A DNA stretch of 64,000 nucleotides from Anaeramoeba ignava BMAN (lineage: Eukaryota > Protista > Anaeramoebae), in contig JAPDFW010000142.1 in NCBI GenBank assembly GCA_028826165.1, positions 1 through 64,000 on the forward strand, read 5' to 3'. The notes beneath the pieces are model-generated. The model saw nothing but the letters and a program-made list of their open reading frames with translations, had not been told where the DNA came from and made no database searches. Made by a program: the position numbers and the translations under genes. Shown here in pieces: positions 25,201 to 36,338 of the stretch. The number at the start of each line of letters is the position of its first letter. Within the stretch, counting starts at the first letter, position 1.

Positions 25201-27421
25201 TTATAAATAATTTAATATTTAATTTTATAAATAATTTAATAAATAATTTTATATTTAATTTTATAATTAATTTTATATTTAATTTTTATATTTAATTTTA
25301 TAAATAATTTTATAAATAATTTTATAAATAATTTTATTAATAATTTTATAAATAATTTAATATTTAATTTTATAAATAATTTTATTAATAATTTTATAAA
25401 TAATTTTATAAATAATTTTATTAATAATTTTATAAATAATTTTATAAATAATTTTATATTTAATTTTTATATATAATTTTAATAATAATTTTATAAATAA
25501 TTTTATAAATAATTTTATAAATAATTTTATATATAATTTTATAAATAATTTTATAAATAATTTTATAAATAATTTTATATTTAATTTTATAAATAATTTT
25601 ATAGTTAATTTTATATATAATTTTATAAATAATTTTATAATTAATTTTATAATTAATTTTATAATTAATTTTATAATTAATTTTATATATAATTTTATAA
25701 TTAATTTTTATATATAATTTTATAATTAATTTTATAATTAATTTTATAAATAATTTTATAAATAAATTTTATAAATAATTTTATAATTAATTTTAAAATA
25801 ATTTTATAAATAATTTTATAAATAATTTTATAAATAATTTTTATATATAATTTTATAAATAATTTTATAAATAATTTTTATAAATAATTTTATATTTAAT
25901 TTTATAAATAATTTTATAGTTAATTTTATATATAATTTTATAAATAATTTTATAATTAATTTTTATAATTAATTTTATATATAATTTTATAATTAATTTT
26001 ATAATTAATTTTTATAAATAATTTTATAAATAATTTTATAAATAATTTTATATTTAATTTTATATTTAATTTTATATTTAATTTTTATAAATAATTTTAT
26101 AAATAATTTTATATTTAATTTTATAAATAATTTTTATAAATAATTTTTATATTTAATTTAATAAATAATTTTATAATTAATTTTTATAATTAATTTTATA
26201 TTTAATTTTATAAATAATTTTATAAATAATTTTATATTTAATTTTATAAATAATTTTATAAATAATTTTATATTTAATTTTATAAATAATTTTATTAATA
26301 ATTTTATATTTAATTTTTATAAATAATTTTTATAATTAATTTTATAAATAATTTTATAAATAATTTTTATAAATAATTTTATATTTAATTTTATATTTAA
26401 TTTTATTAATAATTTAATAAATAATTTTTATAAATAATTTTATATATAATTTTATAATTAATTTTATAAATAATTTTATATTTAATTTTATTAATAATTT
26501 TATAAATAATTTTATAAATAATTTTATAAATAATTTAATAATTAATTTTATAATTAATTTTGTAATTAATTTTATAAATAATTTTATAATTAATTTTATA
26601 AATAATTTTATAAATAATTTTATAAATAATTTTATATTTAATTTTATAAATAATTTTTATAAATAATTTTATATTTAATTTTATAAATAATTTTATATTT
26701 AATTTTATATTTAATTTTGTATTTAATTTTATAAATAATTTTATAAATAATTTAATAAATAATTTTAAATTAATTTTATAAATAATTTAATAAATAATTT
26801 TATATTTAATTTTATATTTAATTTAATAAATAATTTTATATTTAATTTTATATTTAATTTTATATTTTAATTTTATAAATAATTTTATAAATAATTTTAT
26901 ATATAATTTTATAAATAATTTTATATTTAATTTTATAATTAATTTTATAAATAATTTTATAAATAATTTTATAATTAATTTTAAAATAATTTAATATATA
27001 ATTTAATAAATAATTTTATATTTAATTTTATAAATAATTTTTTATAAATAATTTTATAAATAATTTTATAAATAATTTTATAAATAATTTTATATTTAAT
27101 TTTTATATTTAATTTTATTAATAATTTTATATTTAATTTTATATTTAATTTTATAAATAATTTTATATTTAATTTTATAAATAATTTTATAATTAATTTT
27201 ATAAATAATTTTATAAATAATTTTATAAATAATTTTATAAATAATTTTATATTTAATTTTATATTTAATTTTATAAATAATTTTATAAATAATTTTATAA
27301 ATAATTTTATAAATAATTTTATATTTAATTTTATAAATAATTTTATAAATAATTTTATAAATAATTTTATATTTAATTTTATATTTACATCAGTATATTC
27401 TGACATAATTCCATGCTCCAT
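22233..27421 (-). CDS. Ubiquitin-specific protease (peptidase C19, USP25/28/Ubp2-like)
   Basis: Exons 27421-27389, 24855-24576 and 24508-22233 join in phase. Cys box [23 protein letters not shown], His box [19 protein letters not shown]...WRKYND. Confidence 0.92.
24856..27388 (-). repeat. 2.53-kb intron composed of a 12-mer (sense AAAATTATTTAT)n
   Basis: Donor GTAAAT at 27388 and acceptor AAAAG at 24856 restore the USP frame; the interior is nearly pure 12-mer variants. Confidence 0.92.
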
Positions 27422-27429
27422 TGTATTTT

Positions 27430-27508
27430 TGTTGTAATTGTTTTAATTGTTTTAATTGTTTTAATTGTTTTAATTGTTTTAATTGTTTTAATTGTTGTAA
27501 TTGTTGTA
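27430..27508 (-). repeat. 9-bp tandem repeat (ACAATTAAA)n in the USP 5' UTR / divergent promoter
   Basis: ttgttttaa repeated about 8 times on the + strand; contains TAA in frame with the USP ATG, so it is non-coding. Confidence 0.75.
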
Positions 27509-27629
27509 AAAAAAAAGGAAAAAAAAATGAAAAAATAATTTTCCCCTTTTATTTTATTTTTTTTATTTTTTTAATTTAAATTCCACTTTTTATTTTTCAT
27601 TTTTTTTTTCATTTTTTTTTTAATAAAAA

Positions 27630-29171
27630 ATGCTTCCAGTTGATATTCAAGTTGCACTTAAAAAACTTTACAAAGACACAAAAACACAAGATTTGATACT
27701 AAAAATAGGAAAAAAAGAAACAGAATTAAAAGCACACAAATTCATACTTTCAACAAAATCTGAATTTTTCAAAAAAAAATTAACAAAAGAAACAAAAGAA
27801 TACAAAAACGAATCAATTGAACCTGAAATTATGCAGTCAATTATCAAGTATTTCTACATGGGTTACATTAACATTCATTCAGGAAATTGTGTTCCCCTTT
27901 TAACGGCTGCAATAGAATTTGGAATTGAGGAACTTGAACAAATTGTTTTGGATTTTTTTCAGGATTTTATTTCAGTTGAAAATGTTTTGGATCATTTTAA
28001 TTTGTTTGTGGAAAAAAAAATTCAGAGAGCAATTTCTCATTCATTGGCTTTAATTGCTCAAAATTCAAAAGAAATCCTTAAAAATGATAAGATTTTCCAA
28101 CTTCTTCCAGAATCTTTGAAATGGATCATCCAATCGGATATTTTGGAAATCTATTCCGAATTGGATATTTTTTGGCTGGTTTTAAATTACGCAAGAAAAA
28201 AATGCGGCGAAGAAAAATATGTTTATCAGAAAAACGCAATTCGAAGACAAAATCGGAAAATCAAAAAGGAATTCCAGAATTTCTCTCAATTCATTCGATT
28301 GTCTCAATTGCAGGACTATGAGTATGATGAGATTAAGCATTTCCATGTTTTCCTCCCAAAACATCTCATCGATATGAATCAATTCTGGGATTACCAATAT
28401 GACAAAAGCAACAAATTCGCAACTCAAATTGAGGAAATCAAAAAAAAATATGAGGATGTGGATTATTTCAGAGAAAAAAGATCCTACTCACAAAACAGGA
28501 ATATTTTGCGGCTTCTTCCGCAAACAAAGAAAACACTTGCGTCTGTTTTGGATGAGTCTCAAATTCAGCAATGGATCCCTGAATTCTCATCAGATATCCA
28601 GCCAATTTATTCAGCAAAAAGAGATGGATTTGATTGCCGATCTTATTTGGAAAAATGTCAAAATGTCCCGAATTTACTTTTTTTGATAAAAACAACTCGA
28701 GGAGATATTTTTGGCGCATTTTTAAATTCTTCTTTTGAAATTAAGGATCCTTTAGCTGTCATTCGTTTTAAGGATCCAAGTTGCTTTGTTTTTATTGCAA
28801 GAATATGCGATAAAGAGGAGTATATCAAGTGTGATCCCCAAAACAAGGATTCCGTCTCTTTTGCTTATTATCCAGACAGAGGCCCTTTGTTTGGTGAAGG
28901 TTGGGATATCGGTATTCTTGAGTATATGGTGATTCTTTCTTTGAAACTTGGTATTTCTTTTCAGAAACCTCAGATTCAAATGTCGGATGAAGCTGAGAAA
29001 ATTCTTTCTGGAGTTTTTAAGAAACTTGTTATTGAAGAGATGCAAGTTTATTCACTTTCTCAAAATCAAAATGAAAATCAAAATGAAAATGAAAATGAAA
29101 ATCAAAATCAAAATCAAAATGAAAATCAAAATCCAAAATCAGATTCAATATCAGATTTAGATTCCAATTAA
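27630..29171 (+). CDS. BTB/POZ - BACK - TLDc domain protein
   Basis: Intronless 513 aa. BTB (DLILKIG...KAHKFILSTKSEFF), BACK-like (SELDIFWLVLNYA), TLDc (IYSAKRDGFD...FLIKTTRGDIFGAF...GPLFGEGWDI...IEEMQVY). Confidence 0.88.
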   Translation: MLPVDIQVALKKLYKDTKTQDLILKIGKKETELKAHKFILSTKSEFFKKKLTKETKEYKNESIEPEIMQSIIKYFYMGYINIHSGNCVPLLTAAIEFGIEELEQIVLDFFQDFISVENVLDHFNLFVEKKIQRAISHSLALIAQNSKEILKNDKIFQLLPESLKWIIQSDILEIYSELDIFWLVLNYARKKCGEEKYVYQKNAIRRQNRKIKKEFQNFSQFIRLSQLQDYEYDEIKHFHVFLPKHLIDMNQFWDYQYDKSNKFATQIEEIKKKYEDVDYFREKRSYSQNRNILRLLPQTKKTLASVLDESQIQQWIPEFSSDIQPIYSAKRDGFDCRSYLEKCQNVPNLLFLIKTTRGDIFGAFLNSSFEIKDPLAVIRFKDPSCFVFIARICDKEEYIKCDPQNKDSVSFAYYPDRGPLFGEGWDIGILEYMVILSLKLGISFQKPQIQMSDEAEKILSGVFKKLVIEEMQVYSLSQNQNENQNENENENQNQNQNENQNPKSDSISDLDSN

Positions 29172-29942
29172 AATTCCAAATAATTTAAATTAAAATTCCA
29201 ATTAAAATTTAAATTAAAATTCCAATTAAAATTCAAATTCAAATTCAAATTCAAATTCAAATTCAAATTCAAATTCAAATTCAAATTCAAATTCAAATTC
29301 AAAATCAAATTCAAAATCAAATTCAAATTCAAATTCAAAATTAAAATCAAAATCAAAATCAAAATCAAAATCAAAATTCAAAATTAAAATCAAATTCAAA
29401 ATCAAAATTAAAATTAAAATCAAAATCAAAATTAAAATTAAAATCAAAATCAAATTCAAAATCAAAATGAAAATCAAAATGAAAATCAAAATGAAAATCA
29501 AAATGAAAATCAAAATCCAAAATCAGATTCAATATCAGATTTAGATTCCAATTAAAATTTAAATTAAAATTCCAATTAAAATTTAAATTAAAATTCCAAT
29601 TAAAATTTAAATTAAAATTCCAATTAAAATTAAAATTTAAATTAAAATCAAAATGAAAATTAAAATTAAAATCAAAATCAAAATTAAAATCAAAATCAAA
29701 ATTAAAATTAAAATCAAAATCAAATTCAAATTCAAATTCAAAATCAAATTTTAATAAAAAAGAAAAGAAAAAGAATTGATTATTTTGTTTTATTTTGTTT
29801 TGTTTTGTTTTGTTTTGTTTTGTTTTATTTTGTTTTGTTTTGTTTTGTTGATTGTTTTGCTTTGTTGAAAAAAAAAAAAAAAGAAAGAAAGAAAGAAACG
29901 AAATAGTTTTTGTGTTGTTTTTGATTTTTTGGATTCTTTGAT

Positions 29943-31520
29943 CTACTTTTCATCTTTATTTGTATCAACTTGATAAACAACATCAATAACAGTACCATCT
30001 CTCCACTGAACAATCCCGATAATTCTATCAGTAGTTTTTGGCTTAACATATGATCTGCCAGCAAGTTCAGCAGCTTTATCTCTCAATTGCTCTATGGTGA
30101 AAAGAGGGATATCAGTTTTTGATAAGTTTTCAATCAAATCTTTTCTTTTAGGATTAATAGCAACACCGACATCAGTAACAACAACATCAATACATTCACC
30201 AGGTGTTGTAATTGTTGTGACGTCATCAACAATAATCGGATTTGTCTTTCTTGAAATAGGTACTGTGATGATGGTTAGCTTGGCGCAAGCAGCCGTATCT
30301 TGATGACCGCCGATTCCATGAAGTAGATAACCATCAGAATGAGTATTCACGTTGACGTTAAAATTGACATCAACCTCAGTGGCGCCGAGAATAACAACAT
30401 CGAGAAGATTAACCAAGCATCCCTTATTAAAGGGGTTTGCGTAGAAATCGATATTTGTTTCGAGATGCAAAGGATCCTCTTTCATGGACTGAACGGAAAC
30501 GAGATCAAAGGCTTGGCAAGTGGAGACCTTTTCAATCAAGCCTTTCTTAAAGAGATCGATGACATATCTTGTTGTTCCGCCGTTTGCCCATGCTGCCTTT
30601 ATTCCCTTCGCCTCCATCAGCTCACCGAGAGATTTGACAACGGATAGAGAGATTCCTCCTGCGCCGGCTTGCAAGGAGAAGCCCTCTTTGAAATACCCTG
30701 AATGCTCAACAACATCGGTTGCGAATTTTGAGATCTTTTCGGAGATCGGATTGGATTGGATTGTTGTAGTTCCCGATACGATTTTGGTGTTATCGCCGAT
30801 GGAATCCACAACAACAACGTAATCGACGTTAATTTGGGAAATGGAAACAGGAATTGCTGGGTATTTAACAAGATTATCAGTAACAATAATGACCTTCTTG
30901 GCATAAAGCGAATCTGCATGGGAATAAGCAAGAGGACCGCAGGCATTTTTGCCGTACAATCCGTTGGCGTTTCCGTAAGGGTCTGCGGTAGGGGCTGCGA
31001 TGATGGCGATGTCTATTTTAAGGTCTCCCTGGCGAATGGCGCGGACTCTTCCGCCGTGAGAACGTAGAACGGCAACGGATGAAAGCTTGCCTTCGGATGT
31101 TGCGCGACCCACTGACCCATTCATTGACCCCTCAATTTGTCTTATTGTCCCGTCTTTCAAACTCTCGAGAATCATCTTATGGGTCTCAAAAAGGGCAGAT
31201 GGCGCTAATTTCAAGTTTTTTATCCCTAACTCTCTTATTGCTTTAATTGCCATATTCACAACTTCATCCCCTTCTCTTAAATGATGATGAAATGAGATCG
31301 TCATTCCGTCCTTAATTCCACTTTTTTCTAACGCCTCTTTTATTGTTCCTACTAGCTTTTCTCCCCCTGGTTTCTGGAATCCTGTTACTATCCGCATCTC
31401 GTTTTCTTCGATTGGTCCTGTTTCAAATGCTCCAAGAAATGGTCGTATTTCTCCGTATCCTTCAATGTATTTCGGTAGAATTCTTCCGCATGAATTTGTT
31501 ACTGTTTCTTTTTTTTCCAT
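29943..31520 (-). CDS. citF: Citrate lyase alpha chain / citrate CoA-transferase (bacterial type)
   Basis: Intronless 525 aa with CitF-family motifs: GIKDGMTISFHHHLREGD, LRSHGGRVRAI..GDLKIDIA..AAPTADPYGNANG, CGPLAY, FSLQAGAGG, LDVVILGATEVDVNFNVNV, GIGGHQDTA, TPGECIDVVVTD.GVAINP, WRDGTVIDV. Confidence 0.92.
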   Translation of the reverse strand: MEKKETVTNSCGRILPKYIEGYGEIRPFLGAFETGPIEENEMRIVTGFQKPGGEKLVGTIKEALEKSGIKDGMTISFHHHLREGDEVVNMAIKAIRELGIKNLKLAPSALFETHKMILESLKDGTIRQIEGSMNGSVGRATSEGKLSSVAVLRSHGGRVRAIRQGDLKIDIAIIAAPTADPYGNANGLYGKNACGPLAYSHADSLYAKKVIIVTDNLVKYPAIPVSISQINVDYVVVVDSIGDNTKIVSGTTTIQSNPISEKISKFATDVVEHSGYFKEGFSLQAGAGGISLSVVKSLGELMEAKGIKAAWANGGTTRYVIDLFKKGLIEKVSTCQAFDLVSVQSMKEDPLHLETNIDFYANPFNKGCLVNLLDVVILGATEVDVNFNVNVNTHSDGYLLHGIGGHQDTAACAKLTIITVPISRKTNPIIVDDVTTITTPGECIDVVVTDVGVAINPKRKDLIENLSKTDIPLFTIEQLRDKAAELAGRSYVKPKTTDRIIGIVQWRDGTVIDVVYQVDTNKDEK

Positions 31521-31629
31521 TGTTTTATTTAAATTTTGAAAAAGAAATGAAAAGAAAAAATGAAAAAAATGAAAAAAATGATTTGTTTTTTTTTTTTGAA
31601 ATTTTTTTTTGCTTTATTTTTTAATAAAA

Positions 31630-32449
31630 GAAAATTTCAACATTTCTTAATAAATTTTGATTAAATTTCTTTATAAATTTAATTATAAATTTTGATATAA
31701 ATTTCTTAATAAATTTTGATTAAATTTCTTGATAAATTTTGATATAAATTTCTTAATAAATTTAATTATAAATTTAGCTATAAATTTCTTGATTAATTTC
31801 TTGATTAATTTCTTGATAGATTTAATTATAAATTTTGATATAAATTTTGATATAAATTTTGATATAAATATAATTATAAATTTGATTATAAATTTAATTA
31901 TAAATTTAATTATAAATTTAATTATAAATTTAATTATAAATTTAAATATAAATATAATTATAAATTTAATTATAAATTTAAATATAAATTTCATTATAAA
32001 TTTAATTTTAAATTTAATTATAAATATAATTATAAATTCTTAATTAATTTCTTGATAAATTTAATTATAAATTTTGATATAAATTTAGCTATTAATTTAA
32101 TTTTAAATTTAATTATAAATATAATTATAAATTTCTTGATAAAATTCTTGATAAATTTAATTATAAATTTAATTATAAAATTCTTAATAAATTTCATTTT
32201 AATTTCTTAATAAATTTCATTTTAAATTTCTTGATAAATTTCATTTTAAATTTCTTGATAAATTTCATTTAATTTCTTGATAAATTTCATTTTAATTTCT
32301 TAATAAATTTCATTTTAAATTTCTTGATAAATTTCATTTTAAATTTCTTGATAAATTTCATTTAATTTCTTGATAAATTTCATTTTAATTTCTTAATAAA
32401 TTTCATTTTAAATTTCTTGATAAATTTCATTTTAATTTAATAATAAATT
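31630..32449. repeat. Intergenic AT-rich 12-mer and ~23-24-mer tandem repeats
   Basis: ATAAATTTAATT/ATAAATTTCTTG 12-mers, then TAAATTTCATTTTAAATTTCTTGA-type units abutting the VPS33 stop. Confidence 0.85.
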
Positions 32450-34452
32450 TCATTTATCAAAATTCTCATAAGCAGATTCAATCAAACTTTTCCCACTAAT
32501 AATATGAGTTGTAGCAACAATATAATCCAAACTATGATCTTGCATTTGAGACAATAATCTCAACGCAGAAATTTCAGCAAAAGTAACACCATTGATAAAA
32601 AAAACCAAACAAACATTTCTTTTTTCAGAAATCATAGACTGTTCAGAATTACTCAAATCATTTTCTTGAGAAAATTGACCAAACACACCATCAGAAAGGT
32701 ACCGAAAGACAGAGTCTTCAAGCCCTTGCCAACCTGAAGAAAAGGCCTTCTGGACAAGCCTTACTGTTATTGGTGCATAACCAGAAAAAACTGAAGAAAT
32801 GTCTTTTGTCTCCTCAAAATTTTCCGAAATTAAATTCAACGACTTTTTGAGTTGATTGAAATTAAAGCGGGTTTTGGAACGACCCTCAGACTTCTTAAAC
32901 ATGCCAATTTTCTCGAGATTGGCAAGTGTGAAGATATGCTGAAATCCATATGTTTCAAGAATTTCTCGCCGAAAATTATCGAAACTCTTTGATTTGAAAT
33001 CATTATTAACAAGTGATTGTAAACATAACATTCGAAGAACATCTTCCAGGGGTTTTTCACGATAGATCATATTCTGGATGGTGTCGTTTGCCTGGATGTT
33101 ATTGATCAATATCCCCATTTCGGTATCTATTTTATCTCGAAATTGATCGTCATCTTTGGTTTTATTCAAAATGTCTTCTACAATACTCAAATGTATCTTG
33201 AGGGAGAAATGCTCCTTCTGAAGTGTGGGGAGTTTACCGATGAAGACCTTGTATTCTTGAAGTTCCTGAAGGTCGTGACGGGAGTTATAGTCCTGGGAAA
33301 TCTTCTTTGCTTTTTGAGACAAAAACGGACCAACTTCACCCATATTTAAATCTCTTAATTCTTCGAAAAGTATATCATTTGAATTCAATGCGTATTTTTC
33401 CTTGGTTTGATTATCCTTGCCTAAGAAAGATCCATCAAGCTCAACATAACTGTGCTTGATAGTGTACATCTCGTCAATCAAACCTTCATATGTCAACTGA
33501 GTAATGACGGGAGTGACCAAATCAACATTTCGATCAATAAAAATCACGTGATTTATTTTCGGCGCGATATTCTCATCAATGGGGCTTTCTCTTCTCATCC
33601 GTAGCAACATTTCACCTGCTATTTTGCCATTTTTCCCAACGTACTTAATATCAGGAATCAATCCAAAAAACCGTTGTAATTTATGAACTGAACTTGATAC
33701 ATAATAAAGTGATGAAGTGTCACCAGAAATGAATTCTTTGAATGATGTTTCTAATCCCAATGTAAGCACATCATGATCAAGTGGTATCAAATCGAGATTG
33801 AATTCCCTGATTACTGCTGCCCCTTTTACTCCTGCTTGTTCTAGTAATTTTTCACAAATGAATGTTTTTCTTGGTACAAAATATATGAAACATCGTTTTT
33901 TTTGTGATTTATCTTCTGTATCATGAAATCTTAAATGTTTTGCAATGTGATCCATCATTTTCATTTTAGGTCTCACAAAGAAAATTAAAGTTTTTAGTTT
34001 TGTTCTTATTGGATCTGAATTTAATGAGAAAACATTTTGAACTAATCTTTCCTTTTAATATTAATTTTTAAAATGAATTTTAATTTTGATTTTGATTTTA
34101 AATTTTAAAATGAATTTTAATTTTAATTTTAATTTTAATTTTGATTTTAAATTTTAATTTTAATTTTAATTTTAATTTTAATTTTAATTTTTAATTATAA
34201 TTTTAATTTTAAAATGAATTTTAATTTTAATTTTAATTTTCATTTCAATATTAAATATTAAATTGAAATTACTTTTAAAGAATGAAATTCTGCTATTAAT
34301 CCTAAAGGAATCATAAGTTCATTTTCAAATACAATTCCTTTTGGTCCTTCAATTGAATCAAGTATCCTAAAAAGTTCTTGTTGAATTTCATCTCTAATAA
34401 GTCCTAAATCTTTAATAATTCTTGAATTTTCAAGATTAATTGCTCCACTCAT
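32450..34452 (-). CDS. VPS33: Sec1/Munc18-family vacuolar protein sorting protein 33
   Basis: Exons 34452-34273 and 34051-32450 join in phase. Motifs LDSIEGPKGIV, FFVRP, FVPRKTFICEKLLE, LDLIPLDHDVLTL, IFIDRNVDLVTPVITQLTYEGLIDE, FSGYAPITVRLVQ, VFFINGVTFAEISALR. Confidence 0.92.
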
Positions 34453-34735
34453 ATTAATTTTATTCTTTTTTAAAAGAAAAATGAAAAAGAAAATGAAAAA
34501 AATGAAAAAAAGTTTTTTTTGAAATTTTTTATTTTTTTTTTTGAAATTGAATTGTTTTTTTTTTAAAAAGAAAAAAATTAAGAAAAAGCAAAAAAAAATT
34601 CTTTAATTTGTTTGAAAAATCTTATTTTGAATCATTTTGAATTATTCTTAAAGAATTTTAAATTGAAATTAAAAGGAAAAAAATTTGTGGAAAAAAAATG
34701 TTTTGTTCTTCTTTTTTTTCTTTTGTTTTTGTTTT

Positions 34736-36245
34736 TTAATTTTCTTTTTTATCTTCTTTTTCTTTTCTCTAAATTAATTGAAAAAAAATAATATATAAAA
34801 AATGTTTTTTTTTAATTTAAAATTTTTTTTGGAATTAAAGTAAATTTTTTAAATTACTTGAGCTTCTCTTATTTCAGCAAGACTAACATTAGTTAATGAT
34901 CTTACTCCAAAAAGAAGATATTTATCAATCCAATCTGCATATTTATCAAGAATTGGTTCAATGAAGAACTGATAAATTTTTTATCCGATTTTTATTTTGA
35001 TTTTAATTTTAATTTTAATTTTAAAATGAATTTTAATTTAAATTTTAGATTTTAATTTTAATTTTAATTTTAATTTTAATTTTAATTTTAATTTTAATTT
35101 TAATTTTAATTTTAATTTTAATTTTAATTTTAATTTTTATATTAATTTTAATTTTAATTTTAATTTTTATTTTAATTTTAATTTTGATTTTAATTTTGAT
35201 TTTAATTTTAATTTTAATTTTATATTTTATAAATGGATTTTATACTCTCCACATTAAATTTGCTCCCTATTTAAAATAAAATATTTTTTAAAAAAAAAGA
35301 AGAATAAATATAAAATTTTTCAATTCAAAAATAAAAGAATAAATAAAATTACATTGAAAAAAGAAGGAAGTTGTAACCAAATCAAAAAGAGAACCTTTCT
35401 ATTTAATTAATAAAAAAAAAATAAAATAAAATAAAACAATTAAATTATTCTAGTAATAAAATCATTATCTTACAATTCAAAATAAAAAGGTAACCAACTA
35501 ATGACTAAAAAAAGTTAAAATTAAATTAAAATTAATATTTATAATTAAATTAAATTAAATTAAAATTAAAATTACTAAAATCAGCAAAATATTCAACAAC
35601 AGTAAAAAATCCACTAAAAATATTTTTGAAAATTATATTTTAAAATTATATTTAAAATTAAATTATTGTTTTTATTATATTATTTTTACGCAATTGTCCA
35701 ATCTATTTTAAACAAAAAATGCAATTAAAATTATTAAAAATTTAAAAAAAAAAAAGGAAAATAAATAATTACAAATCTAGATTAAAAAAAAATATAAATT
35801 AAACTAAACAAAAAGAATAAAGGAAGAAAAAGTAAATAAAATACAAGCTAAAAAAAAATGAAGTTAAAAAAATTTTTTTTCAATTATTTTTTAAAAGGAA
35901 AAAAGACAACTAACCCACTAAAAAATTCAATTTAAAATTTTAATTTAATTTTAATTTTAATTTAATTTAATTTTAATTTAATTTTAATTTTATTTAATTT
36001 TAATTTAATTTAATTTAATTTTAATTTAATTTTAATTTTAATTTAATTTTAATTTAATTTAATTTTAATTTAATTTTAATTTTAAATTTTAATTTTAATT
36101 TAATTTTAATTCAATTTAAAATTTTAGTTACTTCTGTATCATCATCTTTTTCTTCAGTTTTAATTGCTTTATAAGAACGATAAGCAGGATAAAGAAAAGA
36201 AATTAACATAGAAAATGTTTTACTTGCTGCATAACCAACTCCCAT
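34736..36245 (-). CDS. TB2/DP1/HVA22 (REEP5/Yop1-like) ER-shaping protein, 138 aa, 11 exons including micro-exons
   Basis: Exons 36245-36132, 35917-35915, 35847-35845, 35776-35773, 35702-35690, 35613-35576, 35504-35474, 35398-35353, 35266-35246, 34968-34858 and 34768-34736, every junction GT-AG. They splice to MGVGYAASKTFSMLISFLYPAYRSYKAIKTEEKDDDTEWLIYWTIAGFFTVVEYFADFIISWLPFYFELKVLFLIWLQLPSFFNGANLMWRFFIEPILDKYADWIDKYLLFGVRSLTNVSLAEIREAQRKEKEDKKEN*, matching the family signature and ending in a KKXX ER-retrieval motif. Confidence 0.9.
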
Positions 36246-36338
36246 TTTATTAAAATTTTAAAAGAAATTTAAAAAAAAATGAAAAAAAATTTTTTAAAAA
36301 TTTCATTTTTTTCTTTTATTTTTATTTTTATTTATTTA
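36246..36338. promoter_or_regulatory. 93-bp bidirectional promoter between REEP and POP5 with back-to-back TCATTTT initiator-like elements
   Basis: AAATGAAAA near 36277-36285 (minus-strand TCATTT) and TTTCATTTTT at 36301-36310 lie between two divergent ATGs. Confidence 0.6.

Noticed and set aside
24846-27421. ORFs with INNF / KLFI repeats
   Set aside because: They lie in the 12-mer USP intron; only the first 11 codons (27421-27389) are exonic.
29943-31520. Bacterial contamination as the source of citF
   Set aside because: It has a host-type promoter element and AT-rich flanks, lacks operon neighbours, and shows the same mid-gene GC rise as native genes. Long-read confirmation is still advisable.
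30094-31624. Overlapping and antisense ORFs within citF
   Set aside because: Shadow ORFs caused by locally higher GC content; no recognisable motifs.
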